A DNA stretch of 64,000 nucleotides, taken from positions 1,134-65,133 of the forward strand of contig JBAZUT010000008.1 of NCBI GenBank assembly GCA_041661265.1. Direction: 5' to 3'. Of this stretch, positions 1-9,480 are shown in pieces. A program made the translations under genes and the position numbers. The notes beneath the pieces were generated by a model. That model made no database searches. It saw only the letters and a program-made list of their open reading frames with translations, and was not told the DNA's origin. Numbering within the stretch: the stretch's first letter is position 1; every line of letters starts with the position of its first letter. The stretch comes from Minisyncoccota bacterium. GTDB lineage: Bacteria; Patescibacteriota; Minisyncoccia; JAHIHE01; JAGLIN01.

Positions 1-270
1 TTCTATCCTGCGCCGGAAGTCGATTCCGCGATAATCAGGATCAAAAATATCAGAAAAGATAAGGGCGATGAATATTACAGGAAGATGTTCAGGATGATAA
101 AGATCGGATTTTCTTCAAAAAGAAAGAAGCTATCGAGCAATCTTTCCGGCGGACTCCATCTTGAAAAGAGCGAAGTCGAAAAGAAACTCTCGGCTATCGG
201 CATTGGTCCGAATGCCCGCGCGCAGGAACTTTCGCTTCAGGACTGGGAAAGAGTTATGGAAATGTTTTGA
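1..270 (+). CDS. rsmA: 16S rRNA dimethyltransferase RsmA/KsgA, C-terminal fragment (5' end lies before the window)
   Basis: Frame 1 is open from nt 1: FYPAPEVDSAIIRIKNIRKDKG...FRMIKIGFSSKRKKLSSNL...ARAQELSLQDWERVMEMF. This resembles the KsgA C-terminal helical domain. Confidence 0.55.
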   Translation, partial: FYPAPEVDSAIIRIKNIRKDKGDEYYRKMFRMIKIGFSSKRKKLSSNLSGGLHLEKSEVEKKLSAIGIGPNARAQELSLQDWERVMEMF

Positions 271-605
271 CGGCAACTCAATATTCCCCTCTTGAGAGGG
301 GTTAGGGGTGTGTCTTTTCTATCGGTTGTTCTATTGCCAAACGGCCCGTGTCGGCTGTTTTTCTATTTGCGTCCTGGTGTATTGTGAGGAACTCAGTAGA
401 GTGACGTGGCAATCCCGTTTTCAATCAACAGTTTTTGTATTGTTTTGTATCCCTAAGAAACATAATTTCAGTTAGATTATAGCGACAAACATCGTTCATA
501 ACGACAAGTCGCAACTTGTCGTTACGGGAAAAATACACAGAAACTGTGCAAATCTTGATGGAATCGATTCTGTTCCAGGTCTAATCTTTTCGTTTCCGAA
601 AGTGC

Positions 606-634
606 TTGACAAAAGCATTTTTTCAGTTTATAAT
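606..634 (+). promoter_or_regulatory. Sigma-70 consensus promoter TTGACA-N17-TATAAT upstream of the SPFH gene
   Basis: Read directly: ttgaca aaagcattttttcagtt tataat, about 210 nt upstream of the start at 853. Confidence 0.45.
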
Positions 635-852
635 ACTTTGTTCGGATAATGGAAGAATAGTACCAAAACAGGTATTTCAGCCATCATTCCGAAGAAATGA
701 ATGCATAAGACATGGTTTTTTTCATGTCATGCAAAAAAAGAATGGTCATTGAAAACTTAATAATGAAGGTGAAATGATGAAGATAGCGGATAATAGTTTG
801 AAAAAACACGCGGAATCGATTATGAACAGAAAAAACACTAGAGGTGATTGAT

Positions 853-2310
853 ATGGCATTACCAGAGGAAAACCCGGGGCGTATAGCGCTTTCATCGGGA
901 AAAATAAATGAAGATACTGAAGAAAAAAAGGTTAGTGACAGAGAAGAAGCGAAGCTGCGATGGTATGAATATCTGGTTATATATGTTGTGGAAGTATTTC
1001 TTTGTCTTACGATTGGCGCGGGAATCGCACTCATAACCATATATGGCATATTCAGCGGAATGAACAGCCAGAATATCGGGCTAGGAATAATTCTTCTTCT
1101 TCCATTCGCTTATGCGATATATATGAAAATGATCATAGTTATGGTTCCGGAAAAAAAGAGATATTTGCTTCTTGCTTTTAAGAGGTACTACAAGTCTCTT
1201 GGTCCGGGCCTGCATTTGATCGTTCCATATATTATGGAAGTCGGACGGGAACTGACGCTTGCCGCCACAAAAATGTTTGATATCTATATGAAAACAGATT
1301 CAGCTCGGTTGGAGTTCAAGGGCGGAACTATAGGTGTGAACATCAAGTTGATATGCAGAGCATATGATTCCTATGAATTGGGTTTCGGAATATATATCAC
1401 CGATGAAGAAATAGCCGCAATTGAAAAGACAGAAAGGGATATGGGATTTGACAAGCTTCCCGAGAACTGGATGTATTTTGCGGCGATAAAGGCTGAAGCT
1501 GCTATTCGAGGCGTATGCGGCAGATATACGATCGACGAAGCCATAGAAGCAAGGTCGGTTGGGAAACAAGAAGTCGGTGAATTCAGAGCAGGGATCATTT
1601 CCAAGGCATTAGATGAATGCAATAAAAGCGTTGAGAAATATGGCATAATCTTTGAGCAGGTCGCTTTTTCTTCAATTGAACTGCCCAAGAAACTTGAAGA
1701 AGCACGAAACAAGATCCAGATAGCAGTTGAGACCAAGAAAGAAAAAGATAAATTGCTCGAAGTGGCAATAGTTGATGCAAAAATAGGCGAGCAAGAAGGC
1801 TTAAAAACAAGGAACAGGCTGGATGCTATTGCGTCTGACGAGGAAATCAAGGAAGAATATACGGACCATGCGGATGGCAACAAGAAAAAGTCAAGAGTTG
1901 TCGGGAAAAAGTCTTCCGGCTTGTCACGCGCGGATGTCATGAAATGGGAGGCATCAATGGAAGTGGCAAAATCGGTTGACAATATTTCGGTTTTGTCCGG
2001 CGGGAAAGATGAATCTATTCCGCTTGAGATCGCGGCCAGAATGGGAGCGGCTTTCAGAACCGGATCGGATTCCGCTGCAAGAAAAGAAAAGCAGAAGCCT
2101 GAGAAAAAAGAGAAGAAGGAAGAGGGATCTGAGGAGGAAGGCGAGGATAGCGAACAAGAAAAAGAAGAAACCGATACGAAAGCGGTTGAAAAAAAGGAGA
2201 ATAAAGAAAAAAATAAGAGAAATGGGTATAAGAAAAAGAATAAAGCCAAGAAGGAAGAGGAAGTTTCCGAAACCGATAAAAACGTGATTGAGACGGAGAA
2301 AAAACAATAG
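853..2310 (+). CDS. SPFH/band-7 (stomatin/prohibitin-like) membrane protein with a long Lys/Glu-rich C-terminal tail
   Basis: N-terminal TM helices, then an SPFH-like core (LHLIVPYIMEVGRELTLAATKMFDIYMKTDSARLEF...). The tail is KEKQKPEKKEKKEEGSEEEGE... ORF 844..2310 starts at GTG; the ATG at 853 has a GAGGTGA RBS 5 nt upstream. Confidence 0.55.
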   Translation: MALPEENPGRIALSSGKINEDTEEKKVSDREEAKLRWYEYLVIYVVEVFLCLTIGAGIALITIYGIFSGMNSQNIGLGIILLLPFAYAIYMKMIIVMVPEKKRYLLLAFKRYYKSLGPGLHLIVPYIMEVGRELTLAATKMFDIYMKTDSARLEFKGGTIGVNIKLICRAYDSYELGFGIYITDEEIAAIEKTERDMGFDKLPENWMYFAAIKAEAAIRGVCGRYTIDEAIEARSVGKQEVGEFRAGIISKALDECNKSVEKYGIIFEQVAFSSIELPKKLEEARNKIQIAVETKKEKDKLLEVAIVDAKIGEQEGLKTRNRLDAIASDEEIKEEYTDHADGNKKKSRVVGKKSSGLSRADVMKWEASMEVAKSVDNISVLSGGKDESIPLEIAARMGAAFRTGSDSAARKEKQKPEKKEKKEEGSEEEGEDSEQEKEETDTKAVEKKENKEKNKRNGYKKKNKAKKEEEVSETDKNVIETEKKQ

Positions 2311-2348
2311 AAAAGGATCTTTGATACAAAAGATCAGGAGGTGATGGA

Positions 2349-3122
2349 ATGTCAGACAATGATCCGGAAAGGTCAAAAAAAGCCAAAAAAATGGTTCTCT
2401 TCTACCTTTTGTTCGCGGTGCTGGTCTATCTTCTTGGAATAGTTAATGCAATTGTACTGATGGCTATTCTGGTGATCGGCCCGAAGATTGTCCGATACAT
2501 AAACGCAAAAAGAGGAACACCCGCGGGTGAAGGGATAGCGGCTAAGCTGAATTTTGGCAAGATCTTCAAAACTTTGTTATTTGTTGCACTTGTTGCCGTG
2601 ATCCTGTATTTTCTCATTTCATATCTTATGAGTATGGATACGTCGGAAAATAAAGGTCCATTGAATAGCGTGATCTATGTTGAAAGCCAGGAAGGCGCTG
2701 GAATAGTGAATAACAACGGCACCTATGGGATCCAGCTTGCAACCGGAGGCGCGACAACCGGAACGACTTTCATCATCAGAACAAAGGAAACTGTGACAGG
2801 CTGGCCTGCATTCGGGGCCGATGTATATTCTCCAAAAGGAGGTTCGACGTTGAAGGTGTCATATATTGATGCGGACAATTTGAAGAATAGCATTCGTTTT
2901 CAAGAGGTTTCAATTCCGGCCAACTATAGCTTCGGGTATTCGAATAAATACAAGCTAAGCGATTATCGCGGTTGGATCAAGAACGGGACGAGTGAGGAAG
3001 TCGTGAGCAAGGGAAATCTTCCTCGCAAAGATCCGATAAGGCATGACATAGAGCTTGAGGTATATGTGGCTCCAAACAGCTACGTTGAACTCAGCAATAT
3101 GATTTTGCGCAGAAACTGGTAG
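2349..3122 (+). CDS. Hypothetical membrane protein (two N-terminal TM helices, Gly/Thr-rich extracytoplasmic domain)
   Basis: ORF with hydrophobic segments FYLLFAVLVYLLGIVNAIVLMAILVIG and LLFVALVAVILYFLISYL. No recognisable motif. Confidence 0.4.
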   Translation: MSDNDPERSKKAKKMVLFYLLFAVLVYLLGIVNAIVLMAILVIGPKIVRYINAKRGTPAGEGIAAKLNFGKIFKTLLFVALVAVILYFLISYLMSMDTSENKGPLNSVIYVESQEGAGIVNNNGTYGIQLATGGATTGTTFIIRTKETVTGWPAFGADVYSPKGGSTLKVSYIDADNLKNSIRFQEVSIPANYSFGYSNKYKLSDYRGWIKNGTSEEVVSKGNLPRKDPIRHDIELEVYVAPNSYVELSNMILRRNW

Positions 3123-3148
3123 GAATAACAATTCCTACTTTTTTTATT
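3121..3148 (+). terminator. Rho-independent terminator (AGGAAT-aaca-ATTCCT plus T-run)
   Basis: Hairpin overlapping the stop codon of 2349..3122, followed by ACTTTTTTTATT. Confidence 0.45.
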
Positions 3149-3787
3149 GGGGAAAAAAGCCTTGGTATCAGCCGGTGTGTGCGCCTGCCTGCTCGCCTCG
3201 CTGTCAGCATCCGGCGAAGCGGGCCGGAGGGTAGCCGTTATGGTTCGACCTGCCTTCGCCAATACTTCGACAAGGCAAGCAGGTTCACCATGACAAATAC
3301 TCACAGCGCTAATTAGTTTCCGTTGAAATAGCGGTAATTTCAGGTGTCTTTGCGAGGCTCATCAGAGCCGTGGCAATCCCTATTCTATGCAAATTATGCT
3401 TTATTATAAGAGTTTTATCGGCTTAGTTTTGGGATTGCTTCGTTGTTGTTACTCCTCGCAATGACGAAATTTATGGCTATTTCATCAGGAATTAATTAGG
3501 TTACTTCGGTACTATGCGAGAGCTTCGTCTTGTCTTTAATGACAAATTTAAACCTTGAAATTAAAGCCGGAATTTGTCCAATCTATCATAAATAACCGAG
3601 AAGCAGTTCTGACGGATCAGTGTGGACTATTCAGCATATAAGCCTGTTTCTTTCTTTTTGATTTTGTGTTATAATGAAGCCAGTTACGATGCGAGCGCGA
3701 AGGTGCGAAATTTTTTGAAGTGGAAGTTTTCAAAGACAAAAATAAAACCGTAATGTTCATTTCCGACCTAATTTATTTTATAATACT

Positions 3788-6100
3788 ATGAACATAAATT
3801 TAAAAGAAAAAATAAAAAATATGATGCATTCTTTCAACTTTGGAAAAATCAAAGAAAGCGAAGTAACCGGAAAAAAGGGAAAGCATATTTCAGTTTTGAA
3901 GATGCTTTTTGTTTTTGTGTCCATGCTGGCCTTGCCTGTTCATATGGCAAATGCGGTATGGTACAAACCATGGACATGGACACTGAGGGGCGTTGGAGAA
4001 GAAATACTGGAGGCAATTTTATTCGGTTTTAACTTGATCGTCTATAATCTCGGCAACTTTGCCCTGAATATAGCCGGACAGCTGGTCCATTTTGGAGCGT
4101 GGCTCGTCGATCTCATGATGGACCAGGGAATATACAAGGCGGTTTTGGTTGATTCCACAGCCATCAAGATCGGATGGGAAACTATCAGGGATTTTTGCAA
4201 CATGTTTTTCATTTTTTTCCTGCTCATCGTAGCATTCGCAACAGTACTTCGGATCAGCGAATATAGCGCGAAAGTCATACTTCCGAAGTTTCTGATCGCG
4301 ATCTTTATGATCAATTTCAGCATGGAGATCACGAAGCTCGTGATCGATTTCGGACAGGTTTTTATGTATGAGATCAGGGGCTGGATGGGTGATTTTTCCG
4401 GAACGACGGGAGGAGGAAGCAGCCTCACTTCGATCGTGGATTATTTCAATGAATATTTCAATGCAAGTGCAACGAACATTACGGCAGATTCGGCCATAGC
4501 TATTCTTTTTGCGGCCGCCTATTCTTTCATGCTCGGATTCACCTATATCATGATGGCGGGATTCCTTCTTATCCGACTGCTGATGTTCGCTGTTCTGATG
4601 ATCCTCTCTCCTTTTGCCTTTTTCGCGAATATTTTTCCGGGGACAAGGCACTATTCCAGCGATTGGTGGAGATCCATAATGAAATATTCTCTTTTCGGTC
4701 CGATATTCATTTTCTTCGTTTTCATATCCGCGACCATGGCCTTTGAACTTACAAACAATTACAATCCTGCGGCAGTCGTTCCTGCCGGATATGCGCAGAT
4801 CGAAGCCGTGAAAGGACTCATCCCGAAGCTTATTCCGAATGTTATCGCGCTGATGATGCTTTGGATGGCAATTCCGATCACTCAGAAACTGGGAATTGCC
4901 GGTTCGAGCAGACTGATCGGCGGAACGCTCGGTCTTGGCACTGTGGCCATGGCAAGCTATGGCGCGACGAAGCTTGCAGGAGGATGGGGAAAGAAAGCGG
5001 TTGAAGCACCGGCGAGCAGGTTACATGCTTACGGTATGGGCCAGAACGGAAGATACAAAGCAGCGGTGGATAAATTAAGCGGCGGATTGAAAAAACTGCC
5101 CCTTGGCACAGGAAGAATATTCATTCAATACGAAGCTGACAAGGCCGTACAGAAAAAGGAAGATGTTGCAAAGCATCAGAAGATCATGGAAAATCTTTCC
5201 GACAAAGATAAGAAATCATATGTCGATAGCTTCTCGATCGATCGAAAAGCAAAAGCAGATGCTCAGCAGGCTATGTTTAATTTGCTTGCAAAGGATTCCG
5301 GCAAGGGTTTGACGGATGCAAGATTGCAGAAGATGGGTTATGAGAAAGAAGTGAACGGACAGCAGGTGTTTGATAAGAAGAAATTTGAAAGCGATTATAA
5401 TCGGGCAAAGGCTTATGGACATGACACGGGCACTTTGGAGACCTACAGGCCTGATATGTTGACGAAAGATGATGACATAAGGGAAAAAGTCAAAAAAGTT
5501 GTCCAGGATGGAAACTATAAGAACATAAAGAGCGATGCTCTCGCAAATGAGACCGTTGCTAAGGAATTGGAAGGATTGATTGGCAAGAAAAAATATGATG
5601 AATTTATAAACAACAAGTCACAAGAAGAAAAATCAAGCCTTTCAAAGCATAAAGAGAAAAAATTAGCAGTGGAATATGCAACGCTATCTCCTGCTGATTT
5701 ACAAAAAAAACAGGTTGAGATTGCAAGCCTTGCAAGTCCAGATGATAAAGTGGAAGCCATGAAACAGATGACGGGAGTTGTAAATGGTCAAATTCAATAT
5801 GCGCCAAACATCAACAACAGGCCGGTTGTTAATTTGGACGTTGTAAATGAAGTCATGGATAGCATGTCCAAGGATCAATTCCTTGATTTGAATAAAGATT
5901 TCTTTGAGGAATATGGGCACATGGTTTCAGATGCTAATATTGACCATATTGCCAAATTTGGCGATACGGAACAGCTTAAATCAATGAAAGAAGCGATTGT
6001 AAGGGCACAAGCAGGAACTAATAATTTTTATCGCGGAAATCAGCTGGTGGATGCTCAAAAATTAACAGATAGACTGAATAAAATAAATAGTAAAATATAA
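3788..6100 (+). CDS. VirB6/TrbL-like type IV secretion polytopic membrane protein with a long charged C-terminal extension
   Basis: About 8 predicted TM helices in residues 30-400, then a ~370-aa K/D/E-rich hydrophilic tail. Sits in an operon with PrgI-like and VirB4 genes. An extended -10 (tgttataat) lies at ~3674-3682. Confidence 0.45.
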   Translation: MNINLKEKIKNMMHSFNFGKIKESEVTGKKGKHISVLKMLFVFVSMLALPVHMANAVWYKPWTWTLRGVGEEILEAILFGFNLIVYNLGNFALNIAGQLVHFGAWLVDLMMDQGIYKAVLVDSTAIKIGWETIRDFCNMFFIFFLLIVAFATVLRISEYSAKVILPKFLIAIFMINFSMEITKLVIDFGQVFMYEIRGWMGDFSGTTGGGSSLTSIVDYFNEYFNASATNITADSAIAILFAAAYSFMLGFTYIMMAGFLLIRLLMFAVLMILSPFAFFANIFPGTRHYSSDWWRSIMKYSLFGPIFIFFVFISATMAFELTNNYNPAAVVPAGYAQIEAVKGLIPKLIPNVIALMMLWMAIPITQKLGIAGSSRLIGGTLGLGTVAMASYGATKLAGGWGKKAVEAPASRLHAYGMGQNGRYKAAVDKLSGGLKKLPLGTGRIFIQYEADKAVQKKEDVAKHQKIMENLSDKDKKSYVDSFSIDRKAKADAQQAMFNLLAKDSGKGLTDARLQKMGYEKEVNGQQVFDKKKFESDYNRAKAYGHDTGTLETYRPDMLTKDDDIREKVKKVVQDGNYKNIKSDALANETVAKELEGLIGKKKYDEFINNKSQEEKSSLSKHKEKKLAVEYATLSPADLQKKQVEIASLASPDDKVEAMKQMTGVVNGQIQYAPNINNRPVVNLDVVNEVMDSMSKDQFLDLNKDFFEEYGHMVSDANIDHIAKFGDTEQLKSMKEAIVRAQAGTNNFYRGNQLVDAQKLTDRLNKINSKI

Positions 6101-6882
6101 TGAAAAAAGAAATTAAAGATAAAATCAAAAACACCCTTCCGGCTTTCGTGTTGGATAGTCTTTATAGTGATTATAGTTCTGAGGCTATCGAAAAAATAAT
6201 TGATGACTATATCCAGAATGAAGAAACAATGGATAATTTGAAAGATATAATCGGTCTTATAGTTTTGAAAGAAATAAGAATAGAAGAAGTTTTTGATTTC
6301 ATAAAAAAACTTGGGATTGATGATAAAAAGGCGAAAGACGTCACATTGATCGTTCTTTGCGAGATATTATTCCCGATGAAAGATTTTTTCCCTGGCATTG
6401 AAGATGTGATCGTCAAACTTGGCGGGGAGATCCCCAAAACGAATCCGATTAGCATTGATCAGCAGATGCTCAAAAGAGAGAAGGAAATGGAAGAAATGGA
6501 AGAGGCTGAAGAAAGAGAGCAAGAAGAAGCGGAAAAAGACATGATGGTGAGTCTTCCGATAGCTGAACTTGTAAAAGAATATCCTCAGGTTCAATCCCAG
6601 CGGATCGGATCGCAGGAGTCGATCATCGTTCAGGGAAGCGATGTGCCTATGAAACCGGAAATAAAATACTGGATGAAAGATTATATGGAAAAGGCGGGAT
6701 ATCGCATGCACTCGAATCTTGATCGGGTCAGTTATGTCTATCACGACAAGAACACAAAGAATATGAATGAGGAAGAAAGAAGGCAATTGGGTTTGGTTTT
6801 GAAATCCTTTGATGAAGAAATACCCCTCCCCTATTCCACCAAGCATGTCAAGATCGACTTTTCGAAAATTGCTGAAGAGTAA
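6100..6882 (+). CDS. Hypothetical cytoplasmic acidic protein, translationally coupled to the VirB6-like gene (taATGa overlap)
   Basis: ORF without TM segments. Contains an E-rich stretch REKEMEEMEEAEEREQEEAEKD. Confidence 0.4.
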   Translation: MKKEIKDKIKNTLPAFVLDSLYSDYSSEAIEKIIDDYIQNEETMDNLKDIIGLIVLKEIRIEEVFDFIKKLGIDDKKAKDVTLIVLCEILFPMKDFFPGIEDVIVKLGGEIPKTNPISIDQQMLKREKEMEEMEEAEEREQEEAEKDMMVSLPIAELVKEYPQVQSQRIGSQESIIVQGSDVPMKPEIKYWMKDYMEKAGYRMHSNLDRVSYVYHDKNTKNMNEEERRQLGLVLKSFDEEIPLPYSTKHVKIDFSKIAEE

Positions 6883-6958
6883 AATATATTTATAAGATAC
6901 AAGGACACAAGATACAATAACCAGACAATAATCAACAACCAAATTTCAATAATCAATT

Positions 6959-7324
6959 ATGCACGATTTTGATTTAGAAAGAAGAACAACTGAATTCGCG
7001 AAAAGAGTAGTTCGTTTATGCAGATCATTACCGAAAGATTCAATTAACAATAGATTAAGCGGACAGGTTGTCGGTTCGGCTGGTTCCGTCGGCGCAAATT
7101 ATCGTGAAGCAAATGATGCTTTGGGGAAAAAGGACTTTATTCTCAGGCTTAAAATAGCCAGAAAAGAAGCAAAGGAAACGATGCATTGGCTGGAACTGGT
7201 TGAAGAAGCGAATCCTGAGCTGAAACCAAGAATGGCAGAATTAAAACAAGAAGCAACTGAATTGAAGAATATTCTATCAGCAATAATCGGCAAAACGGTA
7301 AAAAATAACAATCCTGTTCGATAA
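6959..7324 (+). CDS. Four-helix-bundle protein (23S rRNA intervening-sequence protein / DGR Avd-like family)
   Basis: Family motif GSAGSVGANYREA. Flanked by short inverted repeats (6890-6935 vs 7340-7375). Confidence 0.6.
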   Translation: MHDFDLERRTTEFAKRVVRLCRSLPKDSINNRLSGQVVGSAGSVGANYREANDALGKKDFILRLKIARKEAKETMHWLELVEEANPELKPRMAELKQEATELKNILSAIIGKTVKNNNPVR

Positions 7325-7430
7325 TTGATCATTGAGATTTGTTTGTATCCTTGTAGCTTGGTTATTGTATCTTTACTTTTGAAGACATAAGCAATGAATT
7401 TAACGATATAACAATTTAACAATAGAATTT

Positions 7431-7883
7431 ATGCAGTACGGCGTACCGCAATTTATCGACGTTGAAGACAAGATAGTAGGTCCTTTTACCGGCAAACAAA
7501 CTCTGTATATGATGATCGGAGGAGGATTTTTGATCCTGATCTTCTCGTTCTTCACTCTGGGATTTTTTCTCGTCGCCGTTGTCATCATTCTTCCGCTTAC
7601 GCTGGTTTTCGCTTTCTATAAGCCGAAAGGCATCACCGTTGCCCAATATCTCTCGAATTTCATGAAGTTTTTCTCATCGAATCGTCTTTATGTCTGGAGG
7701 AGGGAGAATGAAGGAAGCTTTTTCAAAACAGTACAGAAGAAGAAAAAGGCTACCGTGGAAGTCGAGGCTAAGACTGTCACAAGAAGCAAGATCCGCGAAC
7801 TTGCCTGGGTTCTCGACACCAGCACTGCGGTGAGCGTTCCCTATGAGGCAAAAGAGAGGCCGGACGAAGCGGTGAGAAGATGA
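7431..7883 (+). CDS. PrgI family (VirB3-like) type IV secretion protein
   Basis: MQYGVPQFIDVEDKIVGPFTGKQTLYMM followed by two TM helices. This is the characteristic PrgI N-terminus and topology. Confidence 0.55.
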   Translation: MQYGVPQFIDVEDKIVGPFTGKQTLYMMIGGGFLILIFSFFTLGFFLVAVVIILPLTLVFAFYKPKGITVAQYLSNFMKFFSSNRLYVWRRENEGSFFKTVQKKKKATVEVEAKTVTRSKIRELAWVLDTSTAVSVPYEAKERPDEAVRR

Positions 7884-7892
7884 TTTTTGGCA

Positions 7893-8344
7893 ACTGAAAA
7901 ATGAAAAGCTAAAAATGAAAAACGACAGAGAAAAATTTAAAAATGAATTTAAGGCGCGAATCTACAACTTCATATTGAATCTGATAAAATTTATCGACCA
8001 CTTACCTTCCGACAGAGCTACGGATATAATCGCCAAACAGCTCCTCAGAAGCGGCACAAGCATCGGCGCAAACTATATCGAAGCGCAAGCGGCAAGCTCA
8101 AAGAAGGACTTTACTAACTTTTTCCACTATTCCTTAAAATCGGCCAATGAAAGCAAGTTCTGGATCGCGATCTTAAGAGATAGCAAAAAGGCTGGAAAAG
8201 AAGAGGCTGAAGCTTTATTGAAAGAGCTTATAGAAATTTCAAACATACTGGGCTCAAGCATTATCACGCTGAAGAACAAAAGATAGTCCATCTTATATAT
8301 AATATTTTTTCGTTTTTCATTTTAAATTTTAAATTTGAAATATG
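7893..8344. repeat. Direct repeat copy 1 (~450 bp) carrying a four-helix-bundle gene, bounded by 17-bp terminal inverted repeats TAAAAATGAAAAACGA
   Basis: Near-identical to 9019..9480. TIRs at 7909-7925 and 8310-8326. The copy ends in the ATG (atgtcaa) of the downstream gene. Confidence 0.8.
7915..8286 (+). CDS. Four-helix-bundle protein (23S rRNA IVS protein / Avd-like family), copy A
   Basis: LLRSGTSIGANYIEAQAASSKKDF...SKFWIAILRD. 99% identical to 9047..9418. Confidence 0.7.
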   Translation: MKNDREKFKNEFKARIYNFILNLIKFIDHLPSDRATDIIAKQLLRSGTSIGANYIEAQAASSKKDFTNFFHYSLKSANESKFWIAILRDSKKAGKEEAEALLKELIEISNILGSSIITLKNKR

Positions 8345-9016
8345 TCAACTCCTGAAAAAAAACCGGTTAAGGGTCTCAGCACCCAAAGATATCTTGAAAT
8401 AGCCGAGATAAAGGATAGCGTTGTCGTGATGAAAAACGGAAACTTGAGGGCTGTTCTCATGGTGTCCTCGATAAATTTCGCCTTGAAATCCATCGATGAG
8501 CAGGATGCGATCATCTATCATTTCCAAAGTTTTCTGAATTCTTTGGATTTTTCCATCCAGATCCTCATCAACTCAAGGAAGCTCAATATTGAGAATTATC
8601 TGGACGTTCTGAGAGAAACGGAGAAAAGGCAGACGAATGAGCTCCTGCGAATGCAGACCGCAAGCTATATCGAATACATCCAGGGGCTGGTCAAAATGGC
8701 GAACATTGTCAGCAAGACTTTTTATATCGTTGTTCCCTTCTCCGCCGCTGAAACGAAAGAAGGCGGGCTTTCAAAACTGAAAGCGTCTTCAACCGCGACA
8801 CAGATCATTTCCAGCAGGGAAGTTTTTGAAAAATATAGAGATCAGCTTTTTCAGAGGGTCGATCATATAATCGAGAATCTGAGCGGAACTGGGCTTCGAA
8901 TGACAATGCTTAACACGCAGGAACTTATTGAATTGTATTATAATCTCTATAACCCCGATCTCGCGGACAAGAAAGGGCTGGCCGACATCGAAGAACTTGA
9001 CCTTGCGGTGGAGTAA
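8342..9016 (+). CDS. VirB4 N-terminal-domain-like protein (CagE/TrbE/VirB4 N-domain-like), encoded separately from the ATPase
   Basis: Segment EIKDSVVVMKNGNLRAVLMVSSINFALKSIDEQDAIIYHFQSFLNSL resembles VirB4/TrbE N-domains. No Walker motifs. Assignment is tentative. Confidence 0.35.
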   Translation: MSTPEKKPVKGLSTQRYLEIAEIKDSVVVMKNGNLRAVLMVSSINFALKSIDEQDAIIYHFQSFLNSLDFSIQILINSRKLNIENYLDVLRETEKRQTNELLRMQTASYIEYIQGLVKMANIVSKTFYIVVPFSAAETKEGGLSKLKASSTATQIISSREVFEKYRDQLFQRVDHIIENLSGTGLRMTMLNTQELIELYYNLYNPDLADKKGLADIEELDLAVE

Positions 9017-9018
9017 AC

Positions 9019-9480
9019 TTACGTATTGAAAAATGAAAAGCTAAAAATGAAAAACGACAGAGAAAAATTTAAAAATGAATTTAAGGCGCGAATCTACAAC
9101 TTCATATTGAATCTGATAAAATTCATAGATAACCTGCCCTCCGACAGAGCTACGGATATAATCGCCAAACAGCTCCTCAGAAGCGGCACAAGCATCGGCG
9201 CAAACTATATCGAAGCACAAGCGGCAAGCTCAAAGAAGGACTTTACTAACTTTTTCCACTATTCCTTAAAATCGGCCAATGAAAGCAAGTTCTGGATCGC
9301 GATCTTAAGAGATAGCAAAAAGGCTGGAAAAGAAGAGGCTGAAGCTTTATTGAAAGAGCTTATAGAAATTTCAAACATACTGGGCTCAAGCATTATCACG
9401 CTGAAGAACAAAAGATAGTCCATCTTATATATAATATTTTTTCGTTTTTCATTTTAAATTTTAAATTTGAAATATGTCAA
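9019..9480. repeat. Direct repeat copy 2 (~450 bp) carrying a four-helix-bundle gene, TIR-bounded
   Basis: Near-identical to 7893..8344. TIRs at 9041-9057 and 9442-9458. Confidence 0.8.
9047..9418 (+). CDS. Four-helix-bundle protein (23S rRNA IVS protein / Avd-like family), copy B
   Basis: ORF 9026 uses a TTG start; the ATG at 9047 gives the same 123-aa protein as copy A (one H to N difference). Confidence 0.7.
   Translation: MKNDREKFKNEFKARIYNFILNLIKFIDNLPSDRATDIIAKQLLRSGTSIGANYIEAQAASSKKDFTNFFHYSLKSANESKFWIAILRDSKKAGKEEAEALLKELIEISNILGSSIITLKNKR

Noticed and set aside
1371-2287. ORFs 1371-2249 (-) and 1976-2287 (+) overlapping the SPFH gene
   Set aside because: They are S/F-rich or K/R-rich low-complexity translations of the alternate frames of the Lys/Glu-rich tail region. 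The SPFH frame has recognisable domain structure.
6959-9418. Diversity-generating retroelement centred on the Avd-like genes
   Set aside because: No reverse transcriptase ORF and no template/variable repeat pair was found in the window. These are kept as IVS-type four-helix-bundle genes.
7893-9480. Possibility that the ~450-bp direct repeats are a CRISPR-like array
   Set aside because: There are only two units. Each is 450 bp long and protein-coding, with no short repeat-spacer periodicity. No CRISPR array was seen anywhere in the window.
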